Positions 22,751 through 33,578 of a DNA stretch of 54,644 bases are shown piece after piece. Under the pieces are notes generated by a model, which did not search any database, was not told the origin of the DNA, and was given only the letters and a program-made list of their open reading frames with translations. The first letter of the stretch is position 1. Each line of letters starts with the position of its first letter. Position numbers and translations under genes: made by a program. Source of the stretch: Longimicrobiales bacterium (lineage in GTDB: Bacteria > Gemmatimonadota > Gemmatimonadetes > Longimicrobiales > Gaopeijiaceae). The stretch covers positions 721,199-775,842 of the forward strand of contig JAWLHJ010000002.1 of assembly GCA_041690395.1 (NCBI GenBank), in the 5' to 3' direction.

Positions 22751-25654
22751 TCAGACTTTTTCCACAGCGGCCTCGAGCGCCTCGGCCAGATACCGCGCCG
22801 TGGCGCTCCCGGGGACCCCCGCCACCGTCGCCGGCGGACCCATCGCGACGACCTCGCCGCCGCGCGCGCCGGCCCCGGGCCCCATGTCGATGATCCAGTC
22901 CGCGACCTTGGCCACCTCCATGTCGTGCTCGATGACCAGGACGGTGTTTCCGGCGTCCACCAGCCGCTCCAGCACCCCCACCAGCTTGCCGACGTCCTCG
23001 CCCGAGAGACCCGTGGTGGGCTCGTCCAGGATGTAGAGCTTCCGGCCCTGCTTGCCGGCCGCCCCCGAGAGCTCCCGGGCGATTTTCAGGCGCTGCGCCT
23101 CACCCCCGGACAGCGTGGGCGCCGGCTGGCCCAGCCTCAGGTACCCGAGTCCCACCTGCTGCAGGTGCCAGAGCGCCTTGCCGAGCCTGCGCTCGCGGAT
23201 GAAGAAGCGGATCGCCTCGTCGACGGTGAGCTCGAGCACGTCGGAGATGTTCTTCCCCTTCACCTTCACGTCGAGGATCTCGCGGCCGTACCGCTTCCCG
23301 CCGCAGGCGTCGCAGGGGACGTAGACGTCGGCCATGAAGATCATCTCGATCTCCACGTAGCCGGCCCCCTTGCACTCCTCGCAGCGCCCACCCGCGGTAT
23401 TGAAGCTGAAGTGACCCGGCTCGTAGCCACGTTCCCGGGCGATCTGCTGGTCGGCGAAGATCTTCCGGATGTGGTCCCACGCCTTCACGTAGGTCACCGG
23501 GTTGGAGCGCGGCGTCCGGCCGATCGGCGACTGGTCGACCAGCACCACCTCGTCGATGGCGCTCGCCCCCTCAAGCGCGTCGTACGCGCCCACCGCCTCG
23601 CCGAGGTACTCCTTGGCGGACGTCTCGCCGCTCAGCGCGCGCTCCAGCGCGTGGTAGAGGATGTCGTGCACCAGCGTCGACTTGCCGGAGCCGGACACGC
23701 CGGTGACTACCGTGAGCGTCCCGAGGGGGATCTCGATGTCGGCGTCGCGCACGTTGTGGAGGCGGGCGCCCCGGAGGACGAGCGAGCGGCCGCGCGTGTC
23801 ACGCTTGCGCTCGGGAAGCGGCACGCCCGAACGTCCGGACAGATACCGGCCCGTGGCCGTGTCCTGGTCCTCGATCCCTTCCGGAGGACCCTCGTACATC
23901 ACCTGCCCGCCCTGCTCGCCCGAGGCCGGACCCAGCTCGAGCACGTGGTCCGCGGTGCGGATGGCCTGCGGATCGTGCTCGACCACCACCACGGTGTTGC
24001 CCGCCGCGCTCAGCTTGCGGAGGAGGCCCAGGAGCGCGCCGGTGTCCCGCGGATGGAGCCCCACCGTCGGCTCGTCGAGCACGTAGAGCGTGTCGACCAG
24101 GGACGACCCCAGGGAGTTCGCCAGGTTGATGCGCTGCGCCTCGCCGCCCGAGAGCGTACGGGTCTGGCGGTCGAGAGTCAGGTAGCCGAGCCCGACCTCG
24201 ACCAGGAAGCCGACGCGGGCGCGGAGCTCCCGGAGGATGGTCTCGGCGATGCGGGCCTCCATCTCGGTGAGGGCGGTGGGCGCCGCGTCCGACTCTCCCC
24301 CCAGCGCCGCGACCCACGGCGCCAGCTCCTCCATCGGCAGCGCGCTCACCTCCGCGATGTCACGCCCGCCGACCCGCACCCGACGCGCCTCCTTCCGGAT
24401 CCGGCCGCCTCCGCACTCCCGGCAGGTGCGCGGCGTCTGGTACTGCCGGAGGAAGACGCGGATGTACTGCTTGTACTTCTTCTTTTCGCGCGACACGAGG
24501 AAGGGCACCGCCCCCTTGAAACCCTTCGTCCCCCGCAGCACGTCCTCGCGAAATTCCTCGGGCAGCTCCTTCCAGGGCTTCTTGGTCGATACCCCACGGT
24601 CCTTCGCGAACGCCTCGAGCTTGGCCCGCTCCTTCTTGTAGCGGGGCTTCGACCAGGGGTCGACCGCGCCGTCCGCGAGCGTGCGGTCCGCGTCCGGGAC
24701 GATGAGCCCGTCGTCGTACTCCAGCGTCGCGCCGAACCCCGTGCACGTCGGGCAGGTGCCGTAGGGGTTGTTGAAGCTGAAGAGCTGGGGCGAGGGGCGC
24801 TTGAAGGCGATCTCCGGGTGGTCCGGGCAGCGGAATCGCTCGGTGAAGAGGAGACGGGCTTCGCCGGACCGCCCACCCGCGCCGTCCGCCCCCGACGTCG
24901 CTCCCTGCCCCGACACGAGCACGACGGCCTCCCCTTCCCCTTCCACGAAGCACGTCCCGAGCGAGTCGGCCAGCCGCTCCCGGTCGTCCGGATCGACCTT
25001 CAACCGGTCCACGAGCACCAGCAGCTCCTCGGCGTCCGTCAGGTCGTGCCCGAGCCCCTCCACGGTCGTGGCATCCGGCCCGCCCAGGTCGGCCAGCTCG
25101 CCGTCGGCCAGCACCCGCACGAAGCCCATGGCGCGGAGGTTCTCGACGATCGCCTCGTGCGTGAGCTTCTCGCCCCGCGGGAGGGGGAAGGTCACCTGGA
25201 TCTTCGTCCCCGGGTCGAGCGCCAGGACGTCGTCCGTGGCCGACCCCACCGTGTCGGGCACGACCCGCCGGTCGCACTCGGGGCAATGCGTCCGGCCCAC
25301 CCGCGCCCACAGGAGCCGCAGGTAGTCGTACACCTCGGTGGCCGTTCCCACCGTCGAGCGGCTCGTCTTGGTCGGGTTCTTCTGCTCGATCGCGACCGCC
25401 GGGCTGATCCCCTCGATGGAGTCGACGAGCGGCTTCTCCATGCGCTCCAGGAACTGCTTCGCGTAGGTGGAGAGCGACTCGACGTAACGGCGCTGCCCCT
25501 CGGCGAACAGCGTGTCGAGCGCCAGCGAGCTCTTCCCCGACCCCGACGGGCCGGTGATCACGGTGAACGCGCGCCGGGGCAGGTCGACGTCGATGTTCTT
25601 GAGGTTGTGCTGGCGGGCGCCGCGGATGCGGATCGGGGGGAGCGTCTCGGACAT
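22751..25654 (-). CDS. uvrA: Excinuclease ABC subunit A
   Basis: Two Walker A motifs (GPSGSGKS, GVSGSGKS), LSGGEAQR twice, Zn fingers, FSFNNPYG. Confidence 0.94.
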   Translation of the reverse strand: MSETLPPIRIRGARQHNLKNIDVDLPRRAFTVITGPSGSGKSSLALDTLFAEGQRRYVESLSTYAKQFLERMEKPLVDSIEGISPAVAIEQKNPTKTSRSTVGTATEVYDYLRLLWARVGRTHCPECDRRVVPDTVGSATDDVLALDPGTKIQVTFPLPRGEKLTHEAIVENLRAMGFVRVLADGELADLGGPDATTVEGLGHDLTDAEELLVLVDRLKVDPDDRERLADSLGTCFVEGEGEAVVLVSGQGATSGADGAGGRSGEARLLFTERFRCPDHPEIAFKRPSPQLFSFNNPYGTCPTCTGFGATLEYDDGLIVPDADRTLADGAVDPWSKPRYKKERAKLEAFAKDRGVSTKKPWKELPEEFREDVLRGTKGFKGAVPFLVSREKKKYKQYIRVFLRQYQTPRTCRECGGGRIRKEARRVRVGGRDIAEVSALPMEELAPWVAALGGESDAAPTALTEMEARIAETILRELRARVGFLVEVGLGYLTLDRQTRTLSGGEAQRINLANSLGSSLVDTLYVLDEPTVGLHPRDTGALLGLLRKLSAAGNTVVVVEHDPQAIRTADHVLELGPASGEQGGQVMYEGPPEGIEDQDTATGRYLSGRSGVPLPERKRDTRGRSLVLRGARLHNVRDADIEIPLGTLTVVTGVSGSGKSTLVHDILYHALERALSGETSAKEYLGEAVGAYDALEGASAIDEVVLVDQSPIGRTPRSNPVTYVKAWDHIRKIFADQQIARERGYEPGHFSFNTAGGRCEECKGAGYVEIEMIFMADVYVPCDACGGKRYGREILDVKVKGKNISDVLELTVDEAIRFFIRERRLGKALWHLQQVGLGYLRLGQPAPTLSGGEAQRLKIARELSGAAGKQGRKLYILDEPTTGLSGEDVGKLVGVLERLVDAGNTVLVIEHDMEVAKVADWIIDMGPGAGARGGEVVAMGPPATVAGVPGSATARYLAEALEAAVEKV

Positions 25655-25717
25655 GACATCATGATACAACGCCCGGGGCCGGAGACGGACCCGCCCTCGT
25701 TTCCCGCCGCTACGGGG

Positions 25718-25746
25718 TTGACGCCTCCCGGGCGCCGCATCAGCTT
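25718..25746 (+). promoter_or_regulatory. Putative sigma70 promoter of the his operon
   Basis: TTGACG-17bp-CAGCTT, ending 7 nt before the leader ATG. Confidence 0.55.
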
Positions 25747-25753
25747 CCGCCCC

Positions 25754-25834
25754 ATGAACGACATGCTCCATACTCCGCACCATCATCACCATCGCGCGGC
25801 CCGGACGGGCGGCGGGAGGTCGGTGCGCGCCTAG
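25754..25834 (+). CDS. hisL: his operon leader peptide MNDMLHTPHHHHHRAARTGGGRSVRA
   Basis: 26 aa ORF with 6 His codons (5 consecutive) upstream of hisG and of a terminator. Confidence 0.85.
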   Translation: MNDMLHTPHHHHHRAARTGGGRSVRA

Positions 25835-25861
25835 AACGTGCGTTCCAGCGAGACACCCCAC

Positions 25862-25899
25862 CGCGATCCGTCAGAGAGACGGGTCGCGTTTTTTGTTTT
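25862..25899 (+). terminator. his attenuator terminator
   Basis: cgcgatccgtc-agaga-gacgggtcgcg stem followed by ttttttgtttt. Confidence 0.85.
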
Positions 25900-25997
25900 C
25901 GGGCGATACCGGGCCGACGTCCGGGCGCCCTGACCGACACAACATCATCCCAGGGTCCGCTGAGCGGCGGACGCGGAGAGCCCCGAGAGGCGACGAC

Positions 25998-26873
25998 ATG
26001 AGAGAGAGACGGATCCGGATCGCGATCCCCAACAAGGGACGGCTGAGCGAGCAAACCCTCGAGCTCTTCGAGCAGGCCGGCCTGAAAGCCGCCTTCCGCG
26101 CCGACCGCGCGCTGGTCGCGTCGTTGGGCGAGCAGTTTCAGGCCATCTTCGTGCGCGCCCAGGACATCCCCGAATACGTGGCCGACGGCGCGGCCGAGCT
26201 CGGGGTGACCGGCTCCGACCTCGTGGCCGAGAGCGGCCGTGACGTCGAGGAGATCCTGCACCTCGGCTTCGGCAAGTGCCGGCTGATCGTGGCCGTGAAG
26301 GACGAGTCGCCCGTGCGCTCGGCGAAGGACCTCCCCCCGGGAACGCGCGTGGCGACGTCGTTTCCGCGCTCGGCCAAGGCGTACTTCGAGTCTCTCGGGA
26401 TTCCCATCCAGATCGCGCCGGTGAGCGGAGCCGCCGAGATCGCACCGCACCTCGGCGTGGCCGACGTCATCGTCGACCTCACCTCGACGGGCTCCACGCT
26501 GCGGGTGAACGGTCTCCGGGAGGTCGACACCATCCTGAACTCCTCGGCCACCCTGATCGCGAGCCCGGACGCGCTCGCGGACGACGACGTGCGCGGCGAG
26601 ATCGAGATCCTGTCCACCGCGCTGGAGTCGGTGCTGCGGGCCGAGGCCAAGCGGTACCTCATGACCAACGTGCCCCGGTCGAAGATCGACGAGGTCCGCG
26701 AGGTTCTTCCGGGGATCTCCGGCCCGACCATCGTCGAGATCGCGGACGACGGAGCGTGGGTCGCGGCGCACGCCGTTGTGGACGCCGACCAGGTCTACCA
26801 GACCATCGCCAAGCTGAAGGAGCTGGGCGCGGAGGGGATCCTGGTCACGCGGATCGAGAGGCTGATGCCGTGA
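25998..26873 (+). CDS. hisG: ATP phosphoribosyltransferase (long form)
   Basis: IAIPNKGRL, RAQDIP, DLTSTGSTL, C-terminal PGISGPT regulatory domain. Confidence 0.95.
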   Translation: MRERRIRIAIPNKGRLSEQTLELFEQAGLKAAFRADRALVASLGEQFQAIFVRAQDIPEYVADGAAELGVTGSDLVAESGRDVEEILHLGFGKCRLIVAVKDESPVRSAKDLPPGTRVATSFPRSAKAYFESLGIPIQIAPVSGAAEIAPHLGVADVIVDLTSTGSTLRVNGLREVDTILNSSATLIASPDALADDDVRGEIEILSTALESVLRAEAKRYLMTNVPRSKIDEVREVLPGISGPTIVEIADDGAWVAAHAVVDADQVYQTIAKLKELGAEGILVTRIERLMP

Positions 26874-28294
26874 GCGACAGGACGACCTCCGCGGCCGGCG
26901 GCAGCGCGGCGGGCGCGGGGCCCGACCGCTCGACCGCCGCCCACCCGACCGGCTCGGTCGACCTCTTCGCCCGCGGCCCCCTCTCCGGTCTTGGGCCCAC
27001 CGCGGTAACGCACCTCCTGGAGCGTGACCTTGGTGACGAGGGACGGGTGGGCAACCTCGTCGCCGGGCTCATCGACGAGGTGCGCGCCCGTGGCGACGAT
27101 GCGCTCCTGGACATGGCCGAGCGCTTCGACGGCGTGAAGCTCGACGCCCTCGAGGTGCCGCGCGAGGCGTGGGACGAGGCGCTCGCCGGCCTCGCCGACC
27201 CGGTACGGGCCGCGCTCGAGCGGGCCGCACGCAACATCCGCGTGTTCCACGAGGCGCAGGTGCCCGGCGAGGTGAGCGTCGAGGTCGAGCCGGGCGTGCG
27301 GGTCACCCGCGTGTCGGTGCCGGTCGAGCGGGCCGGCGTGTACGCGCCCGGCGGCCGTGCCGCCTATCCGAGCTCGGTGCTCATGGGCGTGGTGCCCGCC
27401 CGGGCCGCGGGGGTCCGTGAGGTCATCGTCTGCTCCCCGCCGGGACCCGACGCCCGCCCGCCCGCCGAGGTGCTGGCCGCATGCGCCATCGGCGGCGCAG
27501 ACCGACTCTTCGCCATCGGAGGCGCGGGAGCCGTGGCTGCGCTCGCCTTCGGGACCGGAAGCGTCCCGAGGGTCGACGCGATCGTCGGGCCCGGCAACCG
27601 CTGGGTGACCGAAGCCAAGGCGCAGGTGGCTGGCGACGTGGTCATCGACAGTCCGGCCGGACCCTCAGAGGTCCTGGTGCTCGCCGACGACGGCGCCGAT
27701 CCGTGGCTCGTCGCCACCGAGATGATGGCCCAGGCCGAGCACGACCCGGACGCCGCCTGCGTCCTGGTCACCACGTCAGAGCGGATCGCCCGGGAGACCG
27801 AGGCGGCCCTCGCCCGTCAGCTCGCTGACGCCCCGCGCGCCGGGATCTGCCGGCAGGCGCTCGCCGCGGCCGGCGCCATCCTGACCGCGGACTCGCTCGA
27901 CGAGGCCATCGACTTCACCGTGCGCTGGGCTCCCGAGCACCTGTCCGTGATGACCGCCGACGCCGCCGCGGTCGCCCGCCGTGTTCCGACCGCCGGCACC
28001 ACGTTCGTGGGCGGCTGGGCCTCGGTGGCCTATGGCGACTACCTGACGGGCGGCAACCACGTCCTCCCCACCGCGGGCCGCGCGCGTAGCTTCTCCGGCC
28101 TGTCGACCGCGCACTTCCTGCGCTCGTACACGATCCAGGAGATCGACGAGAGAGGCGCCGCCTCGCTCGCCGGCGACGTCGCCGTACTCGCCGAGGCCGA
28201 GGGGCTGCCGGCGCATGCGGCGGCCGCGCTGGCGCGCACCCCGGAGGCGCGGGCCGCTCGGGCGTCGGGCGACACCGGGAGGGCCGACGCATGA
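26870..28294 (+). CDS. hisD: Histidinol dehydrogenase
   Basis: [40 protein letters not shown]. Confidence 0.95.
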   Translation: MSDRTTSAAGGSAAGAGPDRSTAAHPTGSVDLFARGPLSGLGPTAVTHLLERDLGDEGRVGNLVAGLIDEVRARGDDALLDMAERFDGVKLDALEVPREAWDEALAGLADPVRAALERAARNIRVFHEAQVPGEVSVEVEPGVRVTRVSVPVERAGVYAPGGRAAYPSSVLMGVVPARAAGVREVIVCSPPGPDARPPAEVLAACAIGGADRLFAIGGAGAVAALAFGTGSVPRVDAIVGPGNRWVTEAKAQVAGDVVIDSPAGPSEVLVLADDGADPWLVATEMMAQAEHDPDAACVLVTTSERIARETEAALARQLADAPRAGICRQALAAAGAILTADSLDEAIDFTVRWAPEHLSVMTADAAAVARRVPTAGTTFVGGWASVAYGDYLTGGNHVLPTAGRARSFSGLSTAHFLRSYTIQEIDERGAASLAGDVAVLAEAEGLPAHAAAALARTPEARAARASGDTGRADA

Positions 28295-29397
28295 CCCCGT
28301 TCCCGCGTGACGACTATCGCGCGCTGAAGCGCTACGACCCCGACCGCGAGCCGGTCGCGCTCGACCTGAGCGACAACACCAACCTCTGGGGCACGCACCC
28401 CGGGGCGCTGGCCCGCATCCGGGCCGCCGCCACCGACGATCTGGCCCGCTACCCTGAGTTGTACGCCGATGTCCTCCGCGAAGCGGTGGCCGAGCGGTTC
28501 GGGGTGCCCGTCGGCTGCGTCACCACCGGGGCGGGCTCCGACGACGTCCTCGACTCGGCGTTCCGCGCGGCGTCGGGCCCCGGCGCGTTCGTCGCGTACG
28601 CCAGCCCGACGTTCTCCATGGTCGAGCCGCTCGCCCGCATGAACGGAATGGACGCACGGGCGGTGCCATGGGCGGACGCGTTCGCCGACCCCGGCGCGCT
28701 GCTCGAGGGTGGCCCTGCGCTGGTCTACGTCTGCCGGCCGAACAACCCGACGGGGGAGGCCGCATCGCGGGCCTGGTTCGAGGAACTGCTGGAACGGGCG
28801 GGCCGCGGGCCTTCCACCTCGCGCCCGCTCGTGATCCTCGACGAGGCCTACGCCGACTTCGCCGAAGACACGTGGATCACCCTCGGAGCGGAAGTCCCCG
28901 GGCTCCTCGTGGCGCGCACCGCCTCCAAGGCGTACGGCCTGGCCGGGCTCCGGTGCGGCTTCGGAGTCGCGACCCCCGAGACCGCGCTCGAGATCGAGAA
29001 GTCGCGCGGGCCCTACAAGGTCGCGCGACTCACCGCCGAGGCGGTCGCCGCGGCGGTCCGCGACGAAGAGGCCTGGCTGGCCGACATCGTCGACGAAGTG
29101 CGCCGCAACCGCGCCTGGCTGTTCGACGCGCTCGACCAGCGAGGACTGGACCCGATCCCCTCTCAGGCGAACTTCATCCTGTTCCGGACGCCCAGCGGAT
29201 CGGCCCACGAGGACATGCGGGCCCTGCGTGCGCGCGGCGTCGGCGTCCGCCCGTTCAAGGGGATCGCCGGCATGGGCGAGGGGCTGCGCGTGACGGTCGG
29301 CCCCATGGATGCCATGGAGCGCTTCCTCGACGCCCTCGACGGGACGCTCGAGGAGCTACGCGCGAGCAACACATCATCGACGGACACCACTTCATGA
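28291..29397 (+). CDS. hisC: Histidinol-phosphate aminotransferase
   Basis: PNNPTG, DEAY, RTASKAYGLAGLR. Confidence 0.93.
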   Translation: MTPFPRDDYRALKRYDPDREPVALDLSDNTNLWGTHPGALARIRAAATDDLARYPELYADVLREAVAERFGVPVGCVTTGAGSDDVLDSAFRAASGPGAFVAYASPTFSMVEPLARMNGMDARAVPWADAFADPGALLEGGPALVYVCRPNNPTGEAASRAWFEELLERAGRGPSTSRPLVILDEAYADFAEDTWITLGAEVPGLLVARTASKAYGLAGLRCGFGVATPETALEIEKSRGPYKVARLTAEAVAAAVRDEEAWLADIVDEVRRNRAWLFDALDQRGLDPIPSQANFILFRTPSGSAHEDMRALRARGVGVRPFKGIAGMGEGLRVTVGPMDAMERFLDALDGTLEELRASNTSSTDTTS

Positions 29398-30017
29398 AGA
29401 TCGCTCTGTTCGACTACGGCGCGGGGAACATGCACTCGCTCGGCAAGGCCCTCGAGGGTGCGAACGCCGAAGTCGTCGTCACCGCCGACTGGGACGAGGC
29501 GCTCGCGCTCGACGCGCTCGTGATGCCCGGCGTGGGCGCGTTCGGGCACGCCGCCGCCGCGCTTCCCGACGACCGGGAGCCCATCCGCAAGGCGCTCGAA
29601 GACGGGCTCCCCTGCCTCGGCATCTGCCTCGGCATGCAGCTCCTGTTCGAGTCCTCCGACGAATCCGAGGGTGACGGCATCGGGCTCATCCCCGGCCGGG
29701 TCGCCCGCCTCCAGGCGCCGATCGTCCCGCAGATGGGGTGGAACGACGTCGAGACCTCGCGCGACCCGATCTTCCAGGGCGTCGGTCCGCTCGTCGCCTA
29801 CTACGCGAACTCGTACGTGTGCGTCCCGCGCGATCCGGGCGACGCCATCGCCTGGTCGGAGTACGGCGGTGCCCGCTTCGCGGCCGGCGTGCGGAAAGGG
29901 AACACGTGGGGGCTGCAGTTCCACCCCGAGAAGAGCTCGCACGCCGGACGGCGTATCATCTGGAACTTCGTCGCGCAGGTCGAGCTGCGCGTCGCCGGCG
30001 CCGGAGCAGGCTCATGA
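29394..30017 (+). CDS. hisH: Imidazole glycerol phosphate synthase glutaminase subunit
   Basis: DYGAGN, PGVGAF, GICLGMQ, QFHPEKS. Confidence 0.95.
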   Translation: MKIALFDYGAGNMHSLGKALEGANAEVVVTADWDEALALDALVMPGVGAFGHAAAALPDDREPIRKALEDGLPCLGICLGMQLLFESSDESEGDGIGLIPGRVARLQAPIVPQMGWNDVETSRDPIFQGVGPLVAYYANSYVCVPRDPGDAIAWSEYGGARFAAGVRKGNTWGLQFHPEKSSHAGRRIIWNFVAQVELRVAGAGAGS

Positions 30018-30781
30018 TCGCCGCCCCCGCGGTCGACCTACGGGGCGGCCGCTGCGTGCAACTCGTGGGCGGCCGGCCCGAGGACGAGCGCGTCTCGCTC
30101 CCCGACCCCGTCGCGGTCGCCGAACGCTGGTGGGCGCTGGGCTTCGGCACGCTCCACCTCGTCGATCTCGACGCCGCGCTCGGCCATGGTGACAACCTGG
30201 CCGTGCTCGAGAAGCTGCTGGGCGCGACGCCCGCCCAGACCCAGGTCGGTGGGGGCGTGCGGGACGGCGAGCGCATCGACGCCCTCCTCGCAGCGGGCGC
30301 CGACCGGATCATCGTCGGCACCAAGGGCATCGACGACCCCGACTGGCTGGCCCTCCAGGCCGGGCGCAACCCCGGCCGCCTCATGCTCGCGTTGGATACC
30401 CGCGAAGGTCGGGTGCTCCGGAAGGGATGGACGGAAGACACGGGCATCGCCGTGGAGCAGCTCCTCTCGGACATCGCCGAGCTCCCGCTCGCGGGCGTTC
30501 TCTCGACGGACGTCGGCCGGGAGGGGAAGATGGAGGGCATCGACCGTGACTCGGTGGCCCGCGTCGTCGCCGCGTGTCCGCATCCCGCCTGGATCTCCGG
30601 TGGCCTCACGACACCGGACGAGCTGGCGTTCCTCGACGAGCAGGGCGCGGCCGGAGCCGTGCTCGGCATGGCGCTCTACACCGAGACGCTCGACCCGCAG
30701 GAAGTCGCGCCGCGCTGGGGCGGACGCGCCGCCCCGGAGCGCGCGCCGAGCGCCTCCGCATCCCCCAAGGAGATCCGATGA
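30014..30781 (+). CDS. hisA: ProFAR isomerase
   Basis: PAVDLRGGRCVQL, HLVDLD, QVGGGVR, TDVGREG. Confidence 0.93.
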   Translation: MIAAPAVDLRGGRCVQLVGGRPEDERVSLPDPVAVAERWWALGFGTLHLVDLDAALGHGDNLAVLEKLLGATPAQTQVGGGVRDGERIDALLAAGADRIIVGTKGIDDPDWLALQAGRNPGRLMLALDTREGRVLRKGWTEDTGIAVEQLLSDIAELPLAGVLSTDVGREGKMEGIDRDSVARVVAACPHPAWISGGLTTPDELAFLDEQGAAGAVLGMALYTETLDPQEVAPRWGGRAAPERAPSASASPKEIR

Positions 30782-31317
30782 GCAAGCTGAAGCGGGAGAC
30801 CCGCGAGACCCACATCCTCATCGACGTGAAGCGCGGCACCGGCGAGGCCCGCGTGCGCGTCGAGGACCGCTTCCTCGGCCACATGGTGGAGACGCTCGCC
30901 CGCTACTCCGGCGTCGACATCGACCTCGAGGCCACGGGCGACATGCGGCACCACCTCGTGGAGGACGTCGCCATCACGCTCGGGCAGGCGCTCCGGGACG
31001 AGGTGCCCGAGCGCGCGACCCGCTACGGATGGGCCCAGGTGCCCATGGACGAGGCCCTCGTGGAGGCCGCCATCGACGTCGGCGGACGCCCCTACTACGT
31101 CGGCCCGCTCCCGTCGCGCCTCTACGAGCACTTCCTCCAGTCGCTGGCGGTGAACCTCGGCGCCACGCTCCACGTGCGCGTCATCCGCGGGAAGGACAAG
31201 CACCACATGGTCGAGGCCGCCATCAAGGCGACCGGCCTCGCGCTCCGGCAGGCGCTGATCGAGGGCGACCGGGTGTTCAGCACCAAAGGCGCCGTCGCCG
31301 TGGAGAGGATGGACTGA
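30778..31317 (+). CDS. hisB: Imidazoleglycerol-phosphate dehydratase
   Basis: RETRET, HHLVED, PMDE, HHMVEA, STKG. Confidence 0.92.
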   Translation: MSKLKRETRETHILIDVKRGTGEARVRVEDRFLGHMVETLARYSGVDIDLEATGDMRHHLVEDVAITLGQALRDEVPERATRYGWAQVPMDEALVEAAIDVGGRPYYVGPLPSRLYEHFLQSLAVNLGATLHVRVIRGKDKHHMVEAAIKATGLALRQALIEGDRVFSTKGAVAVERMD

Positions 31318-32084
31318 TGCTCCGACCCCGCGTCATCGTGTGCCTCGACGTGAAGGACGGCCGCGTCGTGAAGGGCACGAAGTTCAAGAACCTACGCGAC
31401 GTCGGCGACCCCGTCGAGCTGGCGCAGCGGTACGAGATGGAGGGGGCCGACGAGATCGTCTTCCTCGACGTCAGTGCCTCCAAGGAGGACCGGGGCACCC
31501 TACTCGACGTCGTGCGCCGGACCGCCGAGCGCCTCTTCATTCCGCTCACGGTCGGGGGCGGCGTACGCTCCGCCGACGACATCGGGCCGCTGCTCAGGGC
31601 CGGCGCGGACAAGATCAGCGTGAACAGCGCCGCCGTGCGCGACCCGGACCTCGTCAGCGTCGGGGCCGAGCGCTTCGGCAGCCAATGCGTCGTGGCGAGC
31701 ATCGACGCCGCCAAGGAAGACGATGGCGGGTGGCGGTGCTACACGCATGGCGGGTCGAAGCCCACCGAGCTGGAGGCGGTGGCGTGGGCCGCGGAGTTGG
31801 AGGAGCGGGGTGCCGGCGAGATCCTGCTGACCTCCATCGACCAGGACGGCGCGCGCACGGGCTACGCGCTCGAGCTCACCCGGGCCGTGGCCGACAGCGT
31901 GCCCGTGCCGGTCATCGCGTCGGGCGGAGCCGGAAAGGCCGAGCACCTGCGCGACGCCTTCACCGAGGGTCATGCCTCCGCGGCGCTCGTCGCCGGGATC
32001 CTGCACGACGGGCTCACCACCGTCGGCGAGCTCAAGGCCTCGCTGACGCAATGGAAGGTCAACGTGCGGCCGGCGGTGCGATGA
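31317..32084 (+). CDS. hisF: Imidazole glycerol phosphate synthase cyclase subunit
   Basis: [34 protein letters not shown]. Confidence 0.95.
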   Translation: MLRPRVIVCLDVKDGRVVKGTKFKNLRDVGDPVELAQRYEMEGADEIVFLDVSASKEDRGTLLDVVRRTAERLFIPLTVGGGVRSADDIGPLLRAGADKISVNSAAVRDPDLVSVGAERFGSQCVVASIDAAKEDDGGWRCYTHGGSKPTELEAVAWAAELEERGAGEILLTSIDQDGARTGYALELTRAVADSVPVPVIASGGAGKAEHLRDAFTEGHASAALVAGILHDGLTTVGELKASLTQWKVNVRPAVR

Positions 32085-32710
32085 TGACCGACCGCACCCT
32101 CCGCACCCCCGCCGATCTGGACGCCCTCGACTTCGAGAAGCTCGACGGCCTCATGCCCGTGGTCGCGCAGGAAGCCGATAGCGGCGTCGTCCTGATGGTC
32201 GCGTTCGCCAACCGCGACGCCCTCGAGCGTTCGCTCGAGTCCGGCCGCATGCACTACTGGTCGCGGTCCCGCGGCGAGCTCTGGCGGAAAGGTGACACGT
32301 CCGGCCACGTCCAGCACGTGGTGAGTCTGCACGCCGACTGCGACGCGGATACCGTGCTGGCCATCGTGCGGCAGGAGGGCGCCGCGTGCCATACGGGTGA
32401 GGCGACCTGCTTCGGGGAGGGCGTCGAGCGCCACGGATCCGTTCTCGACCGTCTCGACGCCGTCCTCGCCGCCCGCGCCGCCGAGCGCCCGGAGGGCAGC
32501 TACACCACCAAGCTCCTGGCCGACGAGAACCTCCGGCTCAAGAAGCTGGGAGAGGAGTGCGCCGAGCTCGTCACCGCCCTCGCGAAGGGCGAGGCCGACC
32601 GCATCCCCGAGGAAGCGGCCGACCTCGTGTACCACGTGCTCGTCGCGGCCCGCGCGGCGGGCGTCGGCCTCGACGCCATCACTGCGGTGCTGGAGGACCG
32701 GGCGCGGTAG
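32081..32710 (+). CDS. hisIE: Bifunctional phosphoribosyl-AMP cyclohydrolase/phosphoribosyl-ATP pyrophosphatase
   Basis: WRKGDTSG, DCDAD, ACHTG..TCF, SYT, KKLGEE, ADLVYH. Confidence 0.94.
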   Translation: MMTDRTLRTPADLDALDFEKLDGLMPVVAQEADSGVVLMVAFANRDALERSLESGRMHYWSRSRGELWRKGDTSGHVQHVVSLHADCDADTVLAIVRQEGAACHTGEATCFGEGVERHGSVLDRLDAVLAARAAERPEGSYTTKLLADENLRLKKLGEECAELVTALAKGEADRIPEEAADLVYHVLVAARAAGVGLDAITAVLEDRAR

Positions 32711-32774
32711 TCCGCCTCCTTGCGACCGGCCGAGCCACCCCTCAACCTGAGGAGGGATCGGCAAAGGAGGACCC

Positions 32775-33578
32775 ATGTCCGACCGAGCGTCAGCGGCCGC
32801 CGTCGCCGCAGCCGCCGCATACGAGTCGCTGCACGTGCCCGCGCTCTTCGGAGAGTGGGTCGGTCCCGTGCTCGACGCCGCGAAGGTCGCCGGCGGCCAG
32901 CGCGTCGCCGACGTCGCCTGCGGCACGGGCATCCTCGCGCGGAGTGCGCGGGAACGCGTGGGGGAGGACGGGTCGGTCGTGGGCGTGGACCCGGATGCGG
33001 GCATGCTCGCCGTAGCGGCGCGCGAGGCCCCCGACGTCGAGTGGCGCATCGGCACGGCGGAGGCCCTTCCCCTCGACGACGGATCCCAGGACGCCGTCGT
33101 CAGCCAGTTCGGCATGATGTTCTTCAGGGACCCAGACCGCGCCGCGGCGGAGATGCTGCGCGTGCTGGCCGAAGGTGGTCACGTGGCCGTCGCCGTCTGG
33201 GATGCCCTCGAGCGGTCGCCAGCGTATTCCACACTCGTCGCCCTCCTGGAAGACCTCGCCGGCTCCGACGCCGCCGACGCGCTGCGGGCGCCCTTCGCCC
33301 TCGGGGACGCTCACGAGTTCGCGCTACCGTTTCGGCGAGCCGGGGTGGAGGGGCTGAAGCTCGTCACCCGCTCCGGGACCGCCCGCTTCCCCGACGTGCG
33401 CACCATGGTCGAGGCGGACCTCCGTGGATGGCTGCCCGTGCTCGGCGTAGTGCTCGAAGACGAGCGCATCGAGGAGATCCTGGCCGAGGCCGAGCACGCC
33501 CTCGGGAGGTTCGTCGACGCTCAGGGTCGCATGGTCTTCCCGTCCTCCGCGCATATCCTCTCGGGTTTCAGGGCCTAG
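32775..33578 (+). CDS. Class I SAM-dependent methyltransferase
   Basis: DVACGTG, AEALP, QFGMMFF; GGAGG RBS. Confidence 0.88.
   Translation: MSDRASAAAVAAAAAYESLHVPALFGEWVGPVLDAAKVAGGQRVADVACGTGILARSARERVGEDGSVVGVDPDAGMLAVAAREAPDVEWRIGTAEALPLDDGSQDAVVSQFGMMFFRDPDRAAAEMLRVLAEGGHVAVAVWDALERSPAYSTLVALLEDLAGSDAADALRAPFALGDAHEFALPFRRAGVEGLKLVTRSGTARFPDVRTMVEADLRGWLPVLGVVLEDERIEEILAEAEHALGRFVDAQGRMVFPSSAHILSGFRA

Noticed and set aside
25998..32710. his gene order with hisB after hisA
   Set aside because: his operon order varies widely among bacteria, so this is not notable by itself.
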